Of a stretch of DNA of 64,000 nucleotides, positions 50,361 to 59,156 are shown one piece after another. Below the pieces are notes generated by a model. That model had not been told where the DNA came from, searched no databases, and saw nothing but the letters and a program-made list of their open reading frames with translations. Numbering within the stretch: position 1 is the first letter of the stretch; each line of letters starts with the position of its first letter. A program made the translations under genes and the position numbers. This DNA is from an uncultured Rhodocyclaceae bacterium (lineage in GTDB: Bacteria > Pseudomonadota > Gammaproteobacteria > Burkholderiales > Rhodocyclaceae): NCBI GenBank assembly GCA_934271525.1, contig CAKQRL010000001.1, positions 184,314-248,313 on the forward strand, written 5' to 3'.

Positions 50361-51176
50361 TTAAAGTTTTTTATTATTTTCCACGGTAAACGATGATTTT
50401 TTTTGAAAATGGCAATAAGAAAATAGAATGAAGCCTATCAAAATCATTGGCAAAGATAACCATTGTCCCATTGAAATGAAATAAGATTTGCCAAAAATGC
50501 CATCGTCTGGTTCTCTAAAAAACTCGGTGATAAAACGGCAACAACCATAACCAATTAAGAAAATAGCCGAGATTTTGCCTTGTTGTTTGGGTTTATAAAA
50601 CCACAACAAACAAAATAATAAAGCGCCTTCTAATAACATGTGGTAAATCTGTGATGGGTGGCGCGGCAACAAAGAACCCGATTGTGGAAAAACCATTGCC
50701 CACGGCAAATTGGCGTTTGTTATTCTGCCCCACAATTCGCCGTTAATAAAATTGCCTAATCGCCCAAACATTAAACCAAGCGGCACAAGTGGGGCGATAA
50801 AATCGGTGAGTTTTAACCACGCCATTTTGTTTTGATAAACAAAAATAGAAACGGCAAACAAAACGCCCAAAAAACCACCGTGAAAACTCATTCCGCCTTG
50901 CCAAATTTTGATGATTTCAAATGGTTGGTGAAAATAATAAATGGGATTATAAAAAAGCACTTCGCCCAAGCGCCCGCCCAAAATAATGCCGATAAAGGCG
51001 TAAAATAATAAATCGTCAAATTGTTGATGATTTAAAGGCGCTTGGTTTTGTTTGATTAAATAACGCCCCAAAAAGAGCGCTTGTAAATAAGCCAAAACAT
51101 ACATTAAACCATACCAATGAATTTTAAAAAATCCTAAATCAAGCGCCACGGGGTTGAAGTTGGGATGCGTTAACAT
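50361..51176 (-). CDS. lgt: prolipoprotein diacylglyceryl transferase Lgt
   Basis: N-terminus FKIHWYGLMYVLAYL resembles E. coli Lgt (VALHWYGLMYLVGFI). Polytopic, 271 aa. The last 9 codons (FTVENNKKL) are encoded by a repeat arm. Confidence 0.9.
   Translation of the reverse strand: MLTHPNFNPVALDLGFFKIHWYGLMYVLAYLQALFLGRYLIKQNQAPLNHQQFDDLLFYAFIGIILGGRLGEVLFYNPIYYFHQPFEIIKIWQGGMSFHGGFLGVLFAVSIFVYQNKMAWLKLTDFIAPLVPLGLMFGRLGNFINGELWGRITNANLPWAMVFPQSGSLLPRHPSQIYHMLLEGALLFCLLWFYKPKQQGKISAIFLIGYGCCRFITEFFREPDDGIFGKSYFISMGQWLSLPMILIGFILFSYCHFQKKSSFTVENNKKL
50377..50392. repeat. single repeat arm (TTTTCCACGGTAAACG) forming the 3' end of the lgt ORF
   Basis: Encodes ...FTVEN of the Lgt C-terminus on the minus strand. 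Confidence 0.7.
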
Positions 51177-51278
51177 TTTGTTTAAAAGGCATTAAAAAGT
51201 TTTGCATTATAAATAAGCAAGTTTGCTTTTAAAAGATTGTAAGCGTTAAAATTGCCGCATTCTATTGGGAGAAATAAT

Positions 51279-53126
51279 ATGCCAGCGTATCGCTCACAAA
51301 CTTCAACACACGGCAGAAATATGGCAGGCGCGCGCGCGTTGTGGCGCGCCACGGGAATGAAGGATGAAGATTTTAATAAGCCCATTATTGCGGTGGTTAA
51401 TTCTTTTACGCAATTTGTGCCCGGGCACGTGCATTTAAAAGATATTGGGCAAATGGTGGCGCGCGAAATTGAAAAAGCAGGCGGCGTTGCCAAGGAATTT
51501 AACACCATTGCCATTGATGATGGCATTGCCATGGGGCACGGCGGAATGTTGTATTCACTGCCCAGCCGTGATTTGATTGCCGATTCGGTGGAATATATGG
51601 TCAATGCGCATTGTGCCGATGCGATGATTTGCATTTCCAACTGCGACAAAATCACCCCCGGCATGTTAATGGCGGCGATGCGCTTGAACATTCCATGTGT
51701 GTTTGTGTCTGGTGGACCAATGGAAGCGGGCAAAGTGCATAACATCAAAGTGGATTTAATTGACGCGATGATTAAAGCGGGCGATTCCACCGTGAGTGAA
51801 CAAGATGTTGAACATTACGAGCGCTCGGCTTGCCCCACGTGCGGTTCTTGTTCTGGAATGTTTACCGCCAATTCTATGAATTGCCTAACCGAAGCCTTGG
51901 GGTTGAGTTTGCCGGGCAATGGCACGTTGGTTGCAACGCATCAAAATCGCCAAAAACTTTTTTTAGAAGCGGCGCGTTTAATTGTTCAAAATGCCAAGCG
52001 TTATTACGAAAACGATGATGTTTCGGTTTTGCCGCGCGAAATTGCGCAAAAAGGCGCTTTTGAAAATGCGATGACTTTGGATGTGGCAATGGGCGGCTCC
52101 ACCAACACGGTGTTGCATATTTTGGCGGTGGCGCAAGAAGCGGGCGTGGATTTTACAATGCGTGATATTGACCGCATTTCCAAAAAAACGCCGTGTTTGT
52201 GCAAAGTGGCGCCCGCCACGCAAAAATACCACGTGGAAGATGTGCATCGTGCAGGCGGTGTGATGGGCATTTTGGGCGAATTAGACCGTTTGCAGTTAAT
52301 CAACCGCACAATGCCTAGCGTGTTGATGAAAACCATCGGTGAAGAAATTGATACTTTTGATGTGATGCGTGCGGTGGCAGTTGATGTGCATGATTTTTAT
52401 AAAGCATCGCCCGGCGGCATTCCCAATACACAAGCTTTTTCGCAAAATCAATTTTTCAATGAATTGGATTTAGACCGCACACAAGGTTGCATTAGGAATG
52501 CCGAAAATGCGTATAGTTTGGACGGCGGCTTGGCGGTGCTTTACGGCAACATTGCCGAAGATGGTTGCATTGTGAAAACCGCTGGCGTGGATGAATCCAT
52601 TTTGGTTTTTTCGGGCAAAGCGCAAGTTTTTGAAAGCCAAGAAGATGCGGTAGAAGCCATTTTGGGCGGCAAAATCAAAGCTGGCGATGTGGTGGTGATT
52701 CGTTATGAAGGCCCCAAAGGTGGTCCGGGTATGCAGGAAATGCTTTATCCCACTTCTTATTTGAAATCCATGGGTTTGGGCAAAGAATGCGCACTTTTAA
52801 CCGATGGGCGTTTTTCGGGCGGCACTTCGGGCTTGTCTATTGGCCACGTCTCACCCGAGGCAGCCAATGGCGGCGCAATTGCTTTAATTGAAAACGGCGA
52901 TACGATTAAAATTGATATTCCACAACGCCAAATTCACCTTGCGGTATCTGATTCCGAACTCGCCGAACGGCGGCAAAAAATGCAAGAAAAGGGGAATGCC
53001 GCTTGGCAACCTGAAAATCGCCAACGCTTTGTTTCCAATGCGTTAAAGGCTTATGCGGCAATGGCAACATCGGCGGACAAAGGCGCAGTGCGTGATATTC
53101 AAAAGTTATCGCATTTAATGCCGTAA
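51279..53126 (+). CDS. ilvD: dihydroxy-acid dehydratase IlvD
   Basis: 616 aa from [27 protein letters not shown], nearly identical in pattern to the E. coli IlvD N-terminus. CPTCGSC cluster motif. Confidence 0.95.
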   Translation: MPAYRSQTSTHGRNMAGARALWRATGMKDEDFNKPIIAVVNSFTQFVPGHVHLKDIGQMVAREIEKAGGVAKEFNTIAIDDGIAMGHGGMLYSLPSRDLIADSVEYMVNAHCADAMICISNCDKITPGMLMAAMRLNIPCVFVSGGPMEAGKVHNIKVDLIDAMIKAGDSTVSEQDVEHYERSACPTCGSCSGMFTANSMNCLTEALGLSLPGNGTLVATHQNRQKLFLEAARLIVQNAKRYYENDDVSVLPREIAQKGAFENAMTLDVAMGGSTNTVLHILAVAQEAGVDFTMRDIDRISKKTPCLCKVAPATQKYHVEDVHRAGGVMGILGELDRLQLINRTMPSVLMKTIGEEIDTFDVMRAVAVDVHDFYKASPGGIPNTQAFSQNQFFNELDLDRTQGCIRNAENAYSLDGGLAVLYGNIAEDGCIVKTAGVDESILVFSGKAQVFESQEDAVEAILGGKIKAGDVVVIRYEGPKGGPGMQEMLYPTSYLKSMGLGKECALLTDGRFSGGTSGLSIGHVSPEAANGGAIALIENGDTIKIDIPQRQIHLAVSDSELAERRQKMQEKGNAAWQPENRQRFVSNALKAYAAMATSADKGAVRDIQKLSHLMP

Positions 53127-53175
53127 AGGTTTACAATGCCGTTTGAATATTGTTTTTTTAACTTTTGGAGGGAAC

Positions 53176-53481
53176 ATGAAAAAGCTCAGCCTAGCCGTCG
53201 TTGCCGCCGCTCTTGTTTTGGCGCCGCAAGCTTATGCGGATGAAGCCTTGGCAAAAGCCAAGAATTGCCGCACTTGCCATGTGGATGACAAAAAATTGAT
53301 CGGCCCAGCGTATAAAGAAGTCGCCGCCAAATACAAGGGCGACCCCAACGCCGTTAAAATGTTGGCAGAAAAAATGCGCAAAGGTGGCACGGGCGTGTGG
53401 GGCAAAGTGCCGATGCCGCCTAACCCATTGGTCAACGAACAAGAAGCCGAAACCTTGGCAAAATGGGTGTTGTCCAAATAA
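53176..53481 (+). CDS. periplasmic class I c-type cytochrome (c5/c551/c552-like)
   Basis: Signal peptide MKKLSLAVVAAALVLAPQAYA, heme-binding CRTCH, distal Met region. About 101 aa. Confidence 0.75.
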   Translation: MKKLSLAVVAAALVLAPQAYADEALAKAKNCRTCHVDDKKLIGPAYKEVAAKYKGDPNAVKMLAEKMRKGGTGVWGKVPMPPNPLVNEQEAETLAKWVLSK

Positions 53482-53498
53482 ACGCATTGTTTTTTTAC

Positions 53499-53525
53499 AA
53501 AAAAGCCTCTTTGGAGGCTTTTTTT
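53499..53525. terminator. rho-independent terminator (AAAAAGCCTCTTTGGAGGCTTTTTTT)
   Basis: GCCTC/GAGGC stem plus T-run after the cytochrome c gene. Confidence 0.85.
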
Positions 53526-53539
53526 GTGGTTGGAATCAA

Positions 53540-53554
53540 AAAATCCACGGTCAA
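53540..53554. repeat. single repeat arm (AAATCCACGGTCAAC)
   Basis: Upstream of cobB. Confidence 0.8.
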
Positions 53555-53583
53555 CTTGAAAAAAATTCAAAAAAAACAAAACA

Positions 53584-54351
53584 ATGAACAAACATTTGGA
53601 AAAAATTGATGCCCTTTTGGCTGATTTAAAAAAAGCCAAACGCGTTTTGGTGATTACCGGCGCGGGCATTTCTGCTGATTCGGGCTTGCCCACGTATCGC
53701 GGCGTGGCAGGGCTTTATAACGAAGGTTTAACCGAAGAAGGCTTGCGCATTGAAGATTGTCTGTCGGGTGCGGTTTTTCAAAAATATCCAGAAATTACGT
53801 GGAAATATTTGTGGCAAATTGGGGAAAACTGCCGCAAAGCCAAACCGAATCGCGCGCATGAAATCATCAGTGCGTGGCAAAATCGTTTTGAGCGCTTGTT
53901 GGTTTTTACGCAAAACATTGACGATTTGCACCGCCGCGCGGGCTCCAAAGATTTAATAGAAGTGCACGGCAATTTCAAAACTTTGCATTGCACACGTTGT
54001 GCGTGGGCATCGCCTTTGGATTTAAACGAATTATCCCAAGATAAACTCCCTCCCAAATGCCCCAAATGCGGCGCTGTGGCACGTGTGCCGGTTGTTTTGT
54101 TTGGGGAAATGTTGCCAGAGGATGCCATTTATAATTTTTCAAAAGCGTGGGAAGAAGGCTTTGATATGGTTTTTGTAATCGGCACCACGTGCAGTTTTCC
54201 GTATATTGCGCAACCTGTTTTGATGGCGGCGCAAAGCGGCTTGCCCACTGTTGAAATCAATTTGGACTCCACACCTGTTACACCTTTTGTGCGCCACCAC
54301 GTGGCAATTCCAGCGGCACAAGCGCTTGAAAAAATCAACGCATTGTTGTAA
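53584..54351 (+). CDS. cobB: NAD-dependent protein deacylase (sirtuin, CobB family)
   Basis: GAGISADSGLPTYRG, QNIDDLH, Zn-binding CxxC...CxxC (CTRC ... CPKC). Confidence 0.85.
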   Translation: MNKHLEKIDALLADLKKAKRVLVITGAGISADSGLPTYRGVAGLYNEGLTEEGLRIEDCLSGAVFQKYPEITWKYLWQIGENCRKAKPNRAHEIISAWQNRFERLLVFTQNIDDLHRRAGSKDLIEVHGNFKTLHCTRCAWASPLDLNELSQDKLPPKCPKCGAVARVPVVLFGEMLPEDAIYNFSKAWEEGFDMVFVIGTTCSFPYIAQPVLMAAQSGLPTVEINLDSTPVTPFVRHHVAIPAAQALEKINALL

Positions 54352-54382
54352 GAAAAAAGTTGCAAAAAAACAACGGCGCATT

Positions 54383-54420
54383 TTTTGTTGCACTGCAAAA
54401 AAATTTATCGCACTGCAAAA
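54383..54420 (+). promoter_or_regulatory. direct repeats TTGCACTGCAAAA / TCGCACTGCAAAA upstream of the phasin gene; candidate operator
   Basis: Two GCACTGCAAAA copies spaced 9 bp apart, 50-85 bp upstream of the phasin ATG. The 17-mer TTGTTGCACTGCAAAAA recurs at 41196, and GTTGCACTGCA lies upstream of phaC. Confidence 0.35.
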
Positions 54421-54469
54421 TTTTTTTAAAATGCCTTCTTTTTTATTTAGCTTAACAAAGGAGTGTTTT

Positions 54470-54997
54470 ATGTTTTTCACGACCACCCCACAAGAGTCCT
54501 TTAAGGAACAAACGAATTTGGCGGGCTATTGTATTAGCACCACTTTGGATGGCATTGAGCGTGTGGCGATGTTGAATTTATCCACCGCTCGCTCGACAGT
54601 GGAAATGGCGTTGTCTTCTATGAGCGGTTTAACGGGCGCCAAAGATTTGCGGGTAACCACTTATTTGCACAAACATTTAACGCCCGCTTTGGAACAAGGC
54701 GCACAATACACACGCAATTTTATTGAAATCAACAGCAACACACGCCACAAAATTGCCGAGCGTGTTGAAAATAAAATTGCCGAACAGCAAAATGAATTTC
54801 ACCATTTGATTGAACGCTCACTTGACCAAGGACCTTTGGCGAGTCAAAAAGCGGTTTCTATGGTGAAAAGCGCCATCCGTGCCACCACCGATACTTTGGA
54901 AGGCATCAATGAAGCTGCCAAACGTGCTGGCGAAATGGTGGAAGCAAGCACTTCTGCGGTGGTCAATGCCACGGCAAAATCGGCATGCAAAATTTAA
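54470..54997 (+). CDS. putative phasin (PHA granule-associated protein)
   Basis: 175 aa from MFFTTTPQESFKEQ with AAGGAG Shine-Dalgarno. Helical, Ala/Thr-rich, phasin-like composition; PHA genes are nearby. The track ORF start at 54251 is inside cobB. Confidence 0.45.
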   Translation: MFFTTTPQESFKEQTNLAGYCISTTLDGIERVAMLNLSTARSTVEMALSSMSGLTGAKDLRVTTYLHKHLTPALEQGAQYTRNFIEINSNTRHKIAERVENKIAEQQNEFHHLIERSLDQGPLASQKAVSMVKSAIRATTDTLEGINEAAKRAGEMVEASTSAVVNATAKSACKI

Positions 54998-55016
54998 TAA
55001 CAAACATTGTTCAAAA

Positions 55017-55054
55017 CGAAAAACGGCGTTTTTTGGAAAAACGCCGTTTTTTTG
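55017..55054. terminator. rho-independent terminator (AAAAACGGCGTTTTTTGGAAAAACGCCGTTTTTTTG)
   Basis: Stem ACGGCGTTTT/AAAACGCCGT plus T-run downstream of the phasin gene. Confidence 0.8.
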
Positions 55055-55072
55055 AATTGTTTCAAAAAAATT

Positions 55073-55090
55073 ACACGTTTACCGTGGAAA
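55073..55090. repeat. single repeat arm (CACGTTTACCGTGGAAAA)
   Basis: Follows the phasin terminator. Confidence 0.8.
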
Positions 55091-55160
55091 ATTTTATTTT
55101 TTTAGGCAAAATATAGTTTTTAAAATGTAGAATGTAGAAAAGCAACAGCGGGTTTTTGTT

Positions 55161-55928
55161 ATGGAAATGGAAGACGTTCTCTTGGATAATCGCCCTGCGG
55201 TGCAGCGTTATGTGACTACAAACGCCAACATTACTGCGCAGGAATTGCGCCTGATTTTGAGTTTTCAGGGGCGCTACAAGCTTGCCCGCAATTTCAAATG
55301 TATTGTGGTGGAAGGTTACCGTGAACGCACTTTGGTGAGTTATAACCTTGGTTTTCAGCTTTTTTTAACTTATACCGCCTTGGAACGCTTATCAAAAATC
55401 GTGCGCAAACACCACCACATGGTGGAAATCAACAATCCCAAAGTTGCGCAAAGCCTGCGTTCTGTTTATGTGACTCAACAAAACGCCATTCGCACCGTTT
55501 TGGCAAAAACGCAATTTGCCCAAAGTTTTGACGACTTTATGAGCGGCAAAACCGACAACATTCGCATTATGGCAACGGCGTTAAGAATGCTTGTTTTTGC
55601 GGGGCATTTTTCATTTTCTAGCACATCAACTTTAATGCCTTTGCATATTCGTGCTTTGCAAGATTTAAACGAAGCCATTTTGAAATATTGCGTGCAAACC
55701 TTTGAGACGTGGTTCAAAAAACGCAAAAAAGGCGAAGTGCCGCCGCCAGAACCTGCCGCAGACAACAAAACGGACGATGAAGACGACCTTGCCGAAGACG
55801 ATGCTTCCCCGCTGACCATCATTATGGAGCAGGGCGATTTAACCGAAACCGATGCCACCAGCAAATCTTTGCAGGAAAAAGATTTAACGCAAACCCAAGT
55901 GCGCCGCCGCCATCTTTTTGGGTTTTAA
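55161..55928 (+). CDS. hypothetical protein with an acidic C-terminal tail (255 aa)
   Basis: Clean ORF. C-terminus rich in D/E (DDEDDLAEDDASP). No assignable family. Confidence 0.5.
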   Translation: MEMEDVLLDNRPAVQRYVTTNANITAQELRLILSFQGRYKLARNFKCIVVEGYRERTLVSYNLGFQLFLTYTALERLSKIVRKHHHMVEINNPKVAQSLRSVYVTQQNAIRTVLAKTQFAQSFDDFMSGKTDNIRIMATALRMLVFAGHFSFSSTSTLMPLHIRALQDLNEAILKYCVQTFETWFKKRKKGEVPPPEPAADNKTDDEDDLAEDDASPLTIIMEQGDLTETDATSKSLQEKDLTQTQVRRRHLFGF

Positions 55929-55962
55929 TTTTTTGTTATTGTTTTTTTTGTGTTTTTTGAAT

Positions 55963-55988
55963 AACCGTGGCTTGCCACGGTTTTTTTG
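55963..55988. terminator. rho-independent terminator (AACCGTGGCTTGCCACGGTTTTTTT) built on the ACCGTGG/CCACGGT core
   Basis: Short hairpin plus T-run after the hypothetical gene. Confidence 0.75.
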
Positions 55989-56070
55989 TTGTTGTGAAAG
56001 AAGACGCAATATTGCCCTGATAAAATCAAAAAATCATATAGAATCAAAGAAAAATCCAAGGAGTTAAGCC

Positions 56071-56337
56071 ATGTATGATTTATCCATCGCCGTGCCACAA
56101 TCTTTCAAAACCACTTGCAGAAAAACCGAGTCAAAAGCAAAACCAAAAGATGAGCAAAAAACAGCTCAAAAAGTGGTGAAAAAAGTGGCAAAAAAAACCA
56201 AAACCCAACCCGAGCGGGTTTTTAAAGAAGAAGTTGCATCTGTTGCCACTTGGCGTGCGGTGGAAAAAGGCATGGCGGAAATTGCTCGTGGTGAGTTTTT
56301 CACCTTGGAAGAGTTGGAAGCGAAATATTTGAAATGA
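56071..56337 (+). CDS. putative type II antitoxin (partner of a RelE/ParE-family toxin)
   Basis: 88 aa, basic N-terminal region, 4-nt overlap (ATGA) with the downstream toxin gene. Confidence 0.5.
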   Translation: MYDLSIAVPQSFKTTCRKTESKAKPKDEQKTAQKVVKKVAKKTKTQPERVFKEEVASVATWRAVEKGMAEIARGEFFTLEELEAKYLK

Positions 56338-56606
56338 CTTGGCGCATTGAAACTTCCAAGCGGTTTGAAAAATTTTTGGCAAAACACAACGATGCCGCCC
56401 CGCAAATTTTGAAAATATTGCGCATTTTAGCCAACGACCCTTATAGCAATTCTTTGGATATCAAAAAATTGGTTAATCACCCTGATGGTTTTTATCGTGT
56501 GCGTTTTGGCAAATACCGCATAATTTACACATTAGATGCTGCCAACAAAACCATTGCTTTTCCCGCTGCCGATGCCCGTGGCGGAATTTATAAAAACAAA
56601 AAATAG
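56334..56606 (+). CDS. RelE/ParE-family type II toxin
   Basis: WRIETSKRFEKFLAKH ... DGFYRVRFGKYRIIYTLD matches the RelE/ParE consensus (W.IEFSK.AEKFLKKL ... GLYRIRVGDYRVIY). The C-terminal catalytic region is diverged. Confidence 0.7.
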   Translation: MTWRIETSKRFEKFLAKHNDAAPQILKILRILANDPYSNSLDIKKLVNHPDGFYRVRFGKYRIIYTLDAANKTIAFPAADARGGIYKNKK

Positions 56607-56622
56607 TTTTAAACCACCGAGA

Positions 56623-56679
56623 TTTTCCACGGTAAACGTTTAAAAACTTTGAAAAAAAGAAATCGTTCACCGTGGAAAA
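56623..56679. repeat. palindromic repeat pair (TTTTCCACGGTAAACG ... CGTTCACCGTGGAAAA)
   Basis: Inverted arms with a TTTAAAAACTTTGAAAAAAAGAAAT spacer downstream of the toxin gene. Confidence 0.9.
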
Positions 56680-56708
56680 TTACCCAACAAAAGCAAAATA
56701 AAAAAAGA

Positions 56709-56723
56709 GTGGCACTGAAATTG
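56709..56723 (+). promoter_or_regulatory. sigma-54 (RpoN) -24/-12 promoter consensus TGGCAC-N5-TTGC, about 250 bp upstream of fliC
   Basis: Exact match TGGCACTGAAATTGCT on the fliC strand. An A-tract GCAAAA array follows at about 56855-56895. Confidence 0.4.
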
Positions 56724-56975
56724 CTTTTTTGCTTGCCGTTTTTGCGTTTGTTTGGCTTAAAAAAAGGGATTCAAGTTTTGATTTTGAGCGCCGTAAAAAC
56801 ACATAAGAAAGTCCAAAAGCGCAAAAGCGTGATGTAACAAGGTTATGCAAAGCCTGCAAAAGCAAAAGCAAAGGCAAAAAAAACGCAAAACCTTGGCGCA
56901 AGAAAGGCGGAATAAAGCGTTTTAAGGCGTTTTTGGATGCAAGTTTTTTGGAATTGTTTTTTTAGGAGAATTATC

Positions 56976-58544
56976 ATGGCAATGGTTTTAAACACCAACA
57001 TCCAGTCGTTGAATTCCCAACGGCATTTGTCCAACAGCCAATCTAGTTTGAACACGGCGTTGGAACGTTTGTCTTCTGGTTTGCGCATCAACAGCGCCAA
57101 GGATGACGCTGCTGGTTTGGCAATTTCTGACCGGATGACTGCCCAAATTCGTGGTTTAACCCAAGCACAACGCAACGCCAATGACGGCATTTCCATGGCG
57201 CAAACTGCCGAAGGCGCTTTGGGCAAAATGAGTGAAATTTTGCAACGGATTCGTGAATTAGCCGTGCAATCGGCAAACGCCACCAACAGCGCTTCTGATC
57301 GCAAAGCCTTGAATGATGAAGTGGGGCAATTGGTTTCCGAATTGCAACGCTTTGCCTCCACCACGCAATTCAACGGCACCACCTTGTTGGATGGAACAAA
57401 CGCCACCAACACCTACCAAGTGGGCGCCAATGCTAACCAAACCATTATGGCAACCACCACCGACTTCCGCACGGACAAATACGGCGCTTATCAAATCGGG
57501 AATGTAGTTGCTACTGGTGGTGCTGGCGCTGGTGTTGCTGTGTCTAATGCCGTGTCTAGCTCCACAACGGGGCAACAAGTGACTGGTGCTTTTGTTAAAT
57601 CTTCTGGCACAATGATTTTGAATGGTCCCAACGGCACGGCAAATATTACATGTGGCACGGGTGATTCTGCTTACGATATGGCGCAAAAAATCAATGCGCA
57701 ATCGCAAACGGGGATTACTGCCGAAGCCCGCACGGAAACTCGCTTGACATTCGGTGCATCAGGTTCTTATAGCTTGCAAGTATTCACCACAACCGCTGCC
57801 AACGGCTCTGCGAAGGTGGATGCAAGTAACATTGCCACGGTTTCCTTTAAAATTGATGCCCACGAAACCAAAGATGGTTTGACCGCAGCAGCCAATGCTT
57901 TCAATGAAGTCTCTGCCAAATCTGGCGTTACGGCGAAAGTTACGGACGATGGCAAAGGCTTGATTTTGGTCAACGAAGAAGGCAAGAATATCAACGTTGG
58001 TTCGGATAGCAAAACTGACCCGGGTGTGATTTGTTTAGGGAACACGAGTGGTGGTGTAACCTGTGCGAGTATCGCTAGCAACTCTGCTGGTCTGCTTACC
58101 GCAGGTGGTCAAATCACCTTGGATGCGTCCCGTTCTTATTCGGTGCAACTTTCAGGCAACATGCAATTACAAGCGGGCGCTTTAACGCAAAGTTCTTTGA
58201 CTTCCGCAACAGCCCAAGCCTCCGATTTGCAAAAAGTGGCAAGTTTGGATATTTCCACGGTGAAAGGCGCCACGCAAGCCCTGCGCACGGTTGACCAAGC
58301 TTTGGATGCGGTGTCAAGCCAACGTGCCAAATTCGGTGCTTTGCAAAGCCGCTTTGAATACACGGTTGCCAACCTTTCAACCACCATTGAAAACACCACT
58401 TCGGCAAGAAGCCGTATTCAAGACACCGACTTTGCCTCTGAAACGGCAAATATGACCAAAGCACAAGTGCTCCAACAAGCTGGCACGGCAATGCTGGCGC
58501 AAGCCAACAGCTTGCCGCAAAGTGTTTTGACCTTGTTGAACTAG
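56976..58544 (+). CDS. fliC: flagellin
   Basis: 522 aa from [18 protein letters not shown] with conserved N- and C-terminal flagellin domains ([19 protein letters not shown]; [22 protein letters not shown]). GGAG Shine-Dalgarno. Confidence 0.9.
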   Translation: MAMVLNTNIQSLNSQRHLSNSQSSLNTALERLSSGLRINSAKDDAAGLAISDRMTAQIRGLTQAQRNANDGISMAQTAEGALGKMSEILQRIRELAVQSANATNSASDRKALNDEVGQLVSELQRFASTTQFNGTTLLDGTNATNTYQVGANANQTIMATTTDFRTDKYGAYQIGNVVATGGAGAGVAVSNAVSSSTTGQQVTGAFVKSSGTMILNGPNGTANITCGTGDSAYDMAQKINAQSQTGITAEARTETRLTFGASGSYSLQVFTTTAANGSAKVDASNIATVSFKIDAHETKDGLTAAANAFNEVSAKSGVTAKVTDDGKGLILVNEEGKNINVGSDSKTDPGVICLGNTSGGVTCASIASNSAGLLTAGGQITLDASRSYSVQLSGNMQLQAGALTQSSLTSATAQASDLQKVASLDISTVKGATQALRTVDQALDAVSSQRAKFGALQSRFEYTVANLSTTIENTTSARSRIQDTDFASETANMTKAQVLQQAGTAMLAQANSLPQSVLTLLN

Positions 58545-58556
58545 CCACAACCCACT

Positions 58557-58600
58557 CAGCAAAAAGGGATTTTCAACAACCCTTTTTGCTGGGGGTTTTA
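58557..58600. terminator. rho-independent terminator after fliC (CAGCAAAAAGGG-loop-CCCTTTTTGCTG + GGGGTTTT)
   Basis: 12-bp perfect stem followed by a T-rich run. Confidence 0.8.
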
Positions 58601-58656
58601 AAAAGTTTAATTTTATTGATGACGTTTTTTTTTAATGTTTTTTCTGCAAAAAGGAG

Positions 58657-59091
58657 ATGGCAATGATGAATATCTCTACCTTAACCAACACCACGCAAGC
58701 TTTGAATCAGGCGCAAACGCAACGCACGCCCTCGCCTGTTACCACCCAAAACACGGGCAATGCGCCCGTTGAACAACGCCCAAGTTCTGCGCCGCAACCG
58801 GTGAATCAAAGCCAACAAATTGCCAAAAATGTTTCAGCCACAGAAAACCAAGACGAATTGCAGGCTTTAAACGATGCGGCACAAAAAATCAGTGCGCATT
58901 TGAATTTAAAAAATTCTTCTTTGGAATTTTCCGTTGACCAAAATTCTGGCAAAAACGTGGTGAAAATTGTGGATAAAACAACCAAAGAAGTGGTGCGGCA
59001 AATTCCATCCGAAGAAGCCATTCACATTGCGCAAGCTTTGGATGAATTGGATGAAATCCGCCAAGGTTTGCTGCTATCAGAACAAGGTTAA
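58657..59091 (+). CDS. flaG: flagellar protein FlaG
   Basis: 144 aa, Gln/Thr-rich N-terminus, conserved C-terminal FlaG block (LEFSVDQNSGKNVVKIVDKTTKEVVRQIPSEE). Confidence 0.7.
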   Translation: MAMMNISTLTNTTQALNQAQTQRTPSPVTTQNTGNAPVEQRPSSAPQPVNQSQQIAKNVSATENQDELQALNDAAQKISAHLNLKNSSLEFSVDQNSGKNVVKIVDKTTKEVVRQIPSEEAIHIAQALDELDEIRQGLLLSEQG

Positions 59092-59097
59092 AAGAAA

Positions 59098-59115
59098 AAA
59101 ATCCACGGTCAACCG
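59098..59115. repeat. single repeat arm (AAATCCACGGTCAACCGC)
   Basis: Between flaG and fliD. Confidence 0.8.
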
Positions 59116-59156
59116 CAAATTTTTTTGAAAGTTTTGTTAAAAAAAGGACAAAGAAA

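Noticed and set aside
58600-58656. Possible sigma-28 promoter (TAAAAAGTTT-N-TGATGACG) upstream of flaG.
   Set aside because: The -10 element does not match GCCGATAA well. Too weak to call.
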